NCBI GenBank assembly: GCA_965153285.1
Contig: OZ229111.1
DNA: 64,000 bases
Strand: one strand, 5' to 3'
From: Podarcis tiliguerta
Lineage: Eukaryota
A program made the position numbers and the translations under genes. Positions 62,001 to 64,000 of the stretch are shown here, piece by piece. The first letter of the stretch is position 1, and each line of letters starts with the position of its first letter. The notes beneath the pieces are model-generated. The model ran no database searches. It was not told where the DNA came from and saw nothing but the letters and a program-made list of their open reading frames with translations.

Positions 62001-63003
62001 CTCCTTCAAGTATATCCAGTTTTTAAAATGAACACAAAAACGATCTTCAATCTACAAGCAGTGCCACATAGTAGAGGCAGAGTCTATTAAAGTATATTGT
62101 AGGGAAAACAACCGAGTCCTATAGTACTTTAAAGAACACATTTATTGCTGCATGAACCTACACTCTGGCCAACAAAAGCTTATGCTACAATAACTGAATT
62201 TATCAAAGGATGCTTGTTGAATTGTGCACAGCAGTTTTCTGGCTCCAACAATGATCAAACATCGTTTTTCTTTTCCCTTGTATTCTAGGACTGCTGCAGA
62301 ACGGAGATGGCAGCCTGAAGGGTGACTAAAATGACAAACGACTTCTCAAAGTTCGTTTGTCCAGGCTCCCCTCATCAGACTCAGGATTAGAACTTTCACT
62401 ATGGCAAGTTTATTTAAAGGCTTCCTTTAGTAATTCAATACAGCGCCCAAATAAGGGTCACGGGTGGCAAAGTCATAAGCACTGCTAAGACGTTGATCCA
62501 ACAAGCGACACACCACCTGCACACAGCTCGCGATGCCACTGGTCTAATTCAGCAGGCTCTTCTTATGTTAGGTTCTTATCAGTGCTGAAACAGGAGGCAT
62601 AACCAGCTTTTGCCCTTGGATATTGAGGAATTGGGTAAGGAACTGCAGGCTATTGGCGGAGGTGGGCATCTCTCCTCCTTTTGCAATTACATCTACACAC
62701 TCAAGAGTTTGCCAAGGTGCTCAAAAGTGGGAACAATAATTAAAACGTTCAGTGGTTTTGGATCACTTTGCCAAAAACATCATGGCATCTATCATGTTTT
62801 CACAATACAGGGGGCTAGTGGGTGAAGTCCATCTCAGTCCTTGAAACCCTAGAGCAGACCCTAGAAAGTTGAAAACATATCTGATGTATGAAGCACAGAA
62901 TTTAGATGGAATTCTACTCACCTGGCCAGGAATGAAATGTATTTGCATGACAGTGTTGGTCTCTTCGTGCAAGCCCATGAACTCAACCCCTGGAGCGCCA
63001 TAG
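25872..63003 (-). CDS. LLGL2: LLGL scribble cell polarity complex component 2 (Lgl2), last 23 coding exons; 5' exons lie beyond the right edge
   Basis: 23 phase-consistent GT-AG exons totalling 2899 nt. Lgl motifs present: [62 protein letters not shown], aPKC-target [16 protein letters not shown]. The C-terminus ([27 protein letters not shown]) is LLGL2-like rather than LLGL1-like. Confidence 0.96.
25944..26288 (-). mobile_element. Sauria-type SINE, near full length, in the last LLGL2 intron
   Basis: Head gggacgcaggtggcgctgtgggttaaacc, (ACCTTT)n tail. Confidence 0.9.
26358..26380. repeat. (TG)n microsatellite
   Basis: Seen directly. Confidence 0.9.
27079..27140 (-). CDS. LLGL2: LLGL2 exon ([20 protein letters not shown])
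   Basis: 62 nt, tttgcag / gtatgt. Confidence 0.85.
27786..27828 (-). CDS. LLGL2: LLGL2 exon ([15 protein letters not shown])
   Basis: 43 nt, cttttcag / gtgagt. Confidence 0.88.
29224..29449. mobile_element. Tc1/mariner-type MITE
   Basis: TA TSD, TIR CAGTGGTACCTCGGGTTA. Confidence 0.88.
29950..29997 (-). CDS. LLGL2: LLGL2 exon ([16 protein letters not shown])
   Basis: 48 nt, cctttcag / gtgaga. Confidence 0.88.
30134..30424. mobile_element. Tc1/mariner-type MITE (family shared with 44246)
   Basis: TA TSD, TIR CAGTGGTGCC(C/T)CGCAAGACGAA, internal GCTAA repeats. Confidence 0.88.
31094..31137 (-). CDS. LLGL2: LLGL2 small exon ([15 protein letters not shown])
   Basis: 44 nt, ttctgcag / gtaaga; needed to restore phase 2 to 1. 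Confidence 0.78.
31959..32119. mobile_element. hAT-type palindromic MITE with a small internal insertion
   Basis: TIR CAGGCATAGGCAAACTC; TSD cattaggg/cattgggg. Confidence 0.85.
32326..32479 (-). CDS. LLGL2: LLGL2 exon ([25 protein letters not shown]...)
   Basis: 154 nt, ctctgcag / gtatga. Confidence 0.92.
32901..33480 (+). mobile_element. Degenerate L2-type LINE 3' fragment
   Basis: [14 protein letters not shown] motif, then frameshifted LxWLP..FK and [14 protein letters not shown]; same family as the 63135 copy. Confidence 0.82.
33504..33580. repeat. Compound (TAG)n(TAA)n microsatellite between two tail-to-tail L2 fragments
   Basis: Seen directly. Confidence 0.9.
33581..34088 (-). mobile_element. 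Young L2-type LINE 3' fragment with the ORF2 C-terminus still open
   Basis: 168-aa [56 protein letters not shown]. Confidence 0.9.
34272..34533 (-). CDS. LLGL2: LLGL2 exon ([17 protein letters not shown]...[10 protein letters not shown])
   Basis: 262 nt, ggcag / gtaaca. Confidence 0.94.
35224..35390 (-). CDS. LLGL2: LLGL2 exon ([12 protein letters not shown]...SEEQLK)
   Basis: 167 nt, tctccag / gtaaca. Confidence 0.94.
35575..35765 (+). mobile_element. Old tRNA-derived SINE remnant
   Basis: gtggttagag...gacccaggtttaaa...tcagcttaacctaccacacagggtggttgtg. Confidence 0.55.
35770..35987. mobile_element. Tc1/mariner-type MITE
   Basis: TA TSD, TIR CAGTGGTACC; very similar to the 29224 copy. Confidence 0.88.
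37186..37302 (-). CDS. LLGL2: LLGL2 exon ([15 protein letters not shown]...AEQ)
   Basis: 117 nt, gtccag / gtgagt. Confidence 0.93.
37480..37630 (-). CDS. LLGL2: LLGL2 exon (VQEGIS...[32 protein letters not shown])
   Basis: 151 nt, gggcag / gtgagt. Confidence 0.93.
38032..38096. repeat. (TA)n(CA)n microsatellite
   Basis: Seen directly. Confidence 0.9.
38098..38257. mobile_element. Tc1/mariner (Tc2-like) MITE
   Basis: TA-CC(G/A)TA...TACGG-TA ends, tataagac/gtcttata subterminal motifs. Confidence 0.65.
38613..38843. mobile_element. Tc1/mariner-type MITE, inverted relative to the 35770 copy
   Basis: TA TSD, same family; internal tctgtaacctcaagc duplication. Confidence 0.85.
38875..39013 (-). 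CDS. LLGL2: LLGL2 exon with the polybasic aPKC phosphorylation domain
   Basis: 139 nt; [46 protein letters not shown]. Confidence 0.95.
40105..40480 (+). mobile_element. Degenerate CR1-type LINE 3' fragment
   Basis: acactagaactcaaggacatcc...ctttaaaagaggattagataaattc...gtggctactagccatga, typical of the CR1 ORF2 end and 3' UTR. Confidence 0.65.
40758..41050 (-). CDS. LLGL2: LLGL2 exon (VLVMELNDE...WKGHERL...[15 protein letters not shown])
   Basis: 293 nt, gtccag / gtaagg. Confidence 0.95.
43135..43239 (-). CDS. LLGL2: LLGL2 exon ([17 protein letters not shown]...AGTAGQ)
   Basis: 105 nt, tgctag / gtactg. Confidence 0.94.
43374..43527 (-). CDS. LLGL2: LLGL2 exon ([13 protein letters not shown]...WPPLRK)
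   Basis: 154 nt, aatcag / gtgagg. Confidence 0.94.
43958..44105 (+). mobile_element. L2-type LINE 3' end fragment
   Basis: Same 3' end as the 960 and 33581 copies. Confidence 0.72.
44246..44592. mobile_element. Tc1/mariner-type MITE, inverted relative to the 30134 copy
   Basis: TA TSD, TIR CAGTGGT(G/A)CC(T/C)CGCAAGACGAA. Confidence 0.88.
45254..45586 (-). mobile_element. Sauria-type SINE (divergent subfamily) with 11-bp TSD
   Basis: TSD GGGGTGGTATA at 45243-53 and 45587-97; (ACCTTT)n tail. Confidence 0.9.
46320..46387 (-). CDS. LLGL2: LLGL2 exon (QWPINGG...RDLLLTG)
   Basis: 68 nt, ttcctag / gtaggt. Confidence 0.93.
47095..47322 (+). mobile_element. Sauria-type SINE, 5' truncated
   Basis: Body and cctttaccttt tail. 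Confidence 0.87.
47672..47875 (+). mobile_element. Old tRNA-derived SINE remnant
   Basis: gccagtgtggtgtaatggttagcgtg...gggtgaccttaggctagtc...acctcacagggtt-like body. Confidence 0.6.
48073..48290 (-). CDS. LLGL2: LLGL2 exon ([17 protein letters not shown]...SNM)
   Basis: 218 nt, cctgcag / gtatga. Confidence 0.95.
50217..50338 (-). mobile_element. L2-type LINE 3' end fragment
   Basis: Same 3' end as the 33581 copy. Confidence 0.72.
50477..51230. mobile_element. Tc1/mariner (Tc2-like) non-autonomous element, 754 bp
   Basis: TA TSD; ends CCGTATTTTTCGCTCTATAA ... GCAAAAAATACAG. Confidence 0.82.
52013..52227 (-). mobile_element. Sauria-type SINE, 5' truncated
   Basis: aggtaaaggtacccctgaccattaggtcc... 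body. Confidence 0.85.
53090..53145 (+). mobile_element. Sauria-type SINE head fragment
   Basis: cttgccaatcagaaggtcggcggttcgaatcccc. Confidence 0.6.
53922..54076 (-). CDS. LLGL2: LLGL2 exon ([19 protein letters not shown]...DPLA)
   Basis: 155 nt, ctctaag / gtatgt. Confidence 0.94.
54924..54978 (-). CDS. LLGL2: LLGL2 exon ([18 protein letters not shown])
   Basis: 55 nt, cttctag / gtaagt. Confidence 0.93.
55391..55648. mobile_element. Tc1/mariner (Tc2-like) MITE, 258 bp, with internal hairpin
   Basis: TA TSD; same ends as the 50477 element. Confidence 0.85.
56053..56185 (-). CDS. LLGL2: LLGL2 exon ([11 protein letters not shown]...SKVPY)
   Basis: 133 nt, ccctag / gtcagt. Confidence 0.92.
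56827..56989 (-). CDS. LLGL2: LLGL2 exon (VPEEYLNRR...HHFLGNQ)
   Basis: 163 nt, ttcacag / gtacta. Confidence 0.93.
57648..57885. mobile_element. Tc1/mariner-type MITE
   Basis: TIR CAGTGGTACCT(C/T)GGTTTTCGAA. Confidence 0.82.
58398..58556 (-). CDS. LLGL2: LLGL2 exon (SPPSATQVT...LYLGTESGN...VVLQ)
   Basis: 159 nt, cttacag / gtaaaa. Confidence 0.93.
58857..58924. mobile_element. Minimal hAT-type MITE (68 bp)
   Basis: CAGGCATGTCCAAA...TTTGGACACCACTG with perfect 8-bp TSD atttaagc. Confidence 0.75.
59559..59677 (-). CDS. LLGL2: LLGL2 exon ([15 protein letters not shown]...RGPP)
   Basis: 119 nt, ttttcag / gtaact. Confidence 0.93.
62922..63003 (-). CDS. LLGL2: LLGL2 exon ([27 protein letters not shown])
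   Basis: 82 nt, cattcag / gtgagt. Confidence 0.94.
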
Positions 63004-63134
63004 CTGAATGACTGATTGAGGTCAATAGTATTTATGTGTACATTGATTTTTGCTGCCTTCGCTTTGTGGCAAATTAGTTCTATCCTAGAATAACTGTGAT
63101 GTCTCCCCATAAAGCACTAGTATTAGGCTCGTCA

Positions 63135-63765
63135 CCCCTGGTAATTTCCATTATCACTACTTAGAAGAAGCAGACACCGACCTTCTGTTGCCTATGCTCT
63201 AGTAATGTCTAGGTTAGATTATTGCAATGCATTATATCTGGGACTGCCTCCGCATAGAGTTTGGAGAATTCAGCTGGTGCAAAATTCAGTGGTCAGGATG
63301 CTTGGGCAAAATGGTTTGAGCATATTACAGTAACTGCACTGGTCCAACTGCACTGGCTGCCAACTATTTTCCAGGCCCGATTCAAGGTGCCTTAAATGGC
63401 TCAGGACTGCCTCACCAGATATGAACTGACCTGGACCCTGCAATCATCATCTGAGGCCCTTCTTCATGTGTCCCCTCCACAAGAGGTCTGGAGGGTGGCA
63501 ACATGAGAACAGGCCTATTCTGGGGTGGCTCCCCATTTGTGGAATGCTCTCCCCAGGGAGGCTCATCTGGTGCCTTTGCTTTAGGAGCAAGACCAAAAAA
63601 AACCCATTCCTCTTCTCCTAGGCCTTTGGCTAATTAAATGATCTATGGCCTTTTAAACCTTGAGGGCGATTGTTTCATTTGTTATTACGTTACGTTTTTT
63701 ATATTGCAAACCACCTTATGATCCTTGGATGAAGGGCAGAATAGAAATTTAATAAATAAATAATA
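63135..63765 (+). mobile_element. Degenerate L2-type LINE 3' fragment
   Basis: tctaggttagattattgcaatgc...ctgcactggctgcc...tgtggaatgctctcccc; homologous to the 32901 copy. Confidence 0.8.
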
Positions 63766-63806
63766 AGCAAAACAAGCGAGGACAACCATTTACTGTTGGC
63801 ATAGAC

Positions 63807-63942
63807 CAGGCTCCCTCAACCTCGGCCCTCCAGATGTTTTTGGCCTACAACTCCCATGATCCCTAGCTAGCAGGACCAGTGGTCAGGGATGATGGGAATT
63901 GTAGTCTCAAAACATCTGGAGGGCCGAGGTTGAGGAAGCCTG
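63807..63942. mobile_element. hAT-type palindromic MITE
   Basis: Perfect 8-bp TSD gcatagac; TIR CAGGCT(C/T)CCTCAACCTCGGCCCTCCAGATGTTTT. Confidence 0.9.
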
Positions 63943-64000
63943 GCATAGACTAAGAGGCAAGTGTACCATGCAGCAAAGGCTTGCTGAAACATTTGCTAGT

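Overview
Vertebrate nuclear DNA from a squamate reptile, probably a lacertid lizard (inferred from Sauria-type SINEs, a Squam3-like SINE and lizard-type L2/CR1 and MITE families). Two multi-exon genes lie on the minus strand in the same order as at human 17q25. LLGL2 contributes its last 23 coding exons (63003 to the stop at 25872, about 965 codons, with its first exons beyond the right edge). MYO15B contributes its first 10 coding exons (12860 to 491, 1220 codons, continuing past the left edge), including a 2.65-kb N-terminal exon and intact motor P-loop and switch-I motifs. Between them on the plus strand is a 285-codon ORF (23316-24173) that I do not recognise. It has a proper splice acceptor, a candidate 5' non-coding exon, a TATA-like box, a palindromic RFX X-box, CRE-like sites, a polyA signal and a C-terminal LPPKKRY motif, and it is the best candidate for an undescribed (possibly germline) gene. 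Introns are rich in Tc1/mariner-type and hAT-type MITEs, SINEs, LINE fragments and microsatellites. All exon boundaries were derived by hand from splice signals and reading-frame phase, and no database searches were run.
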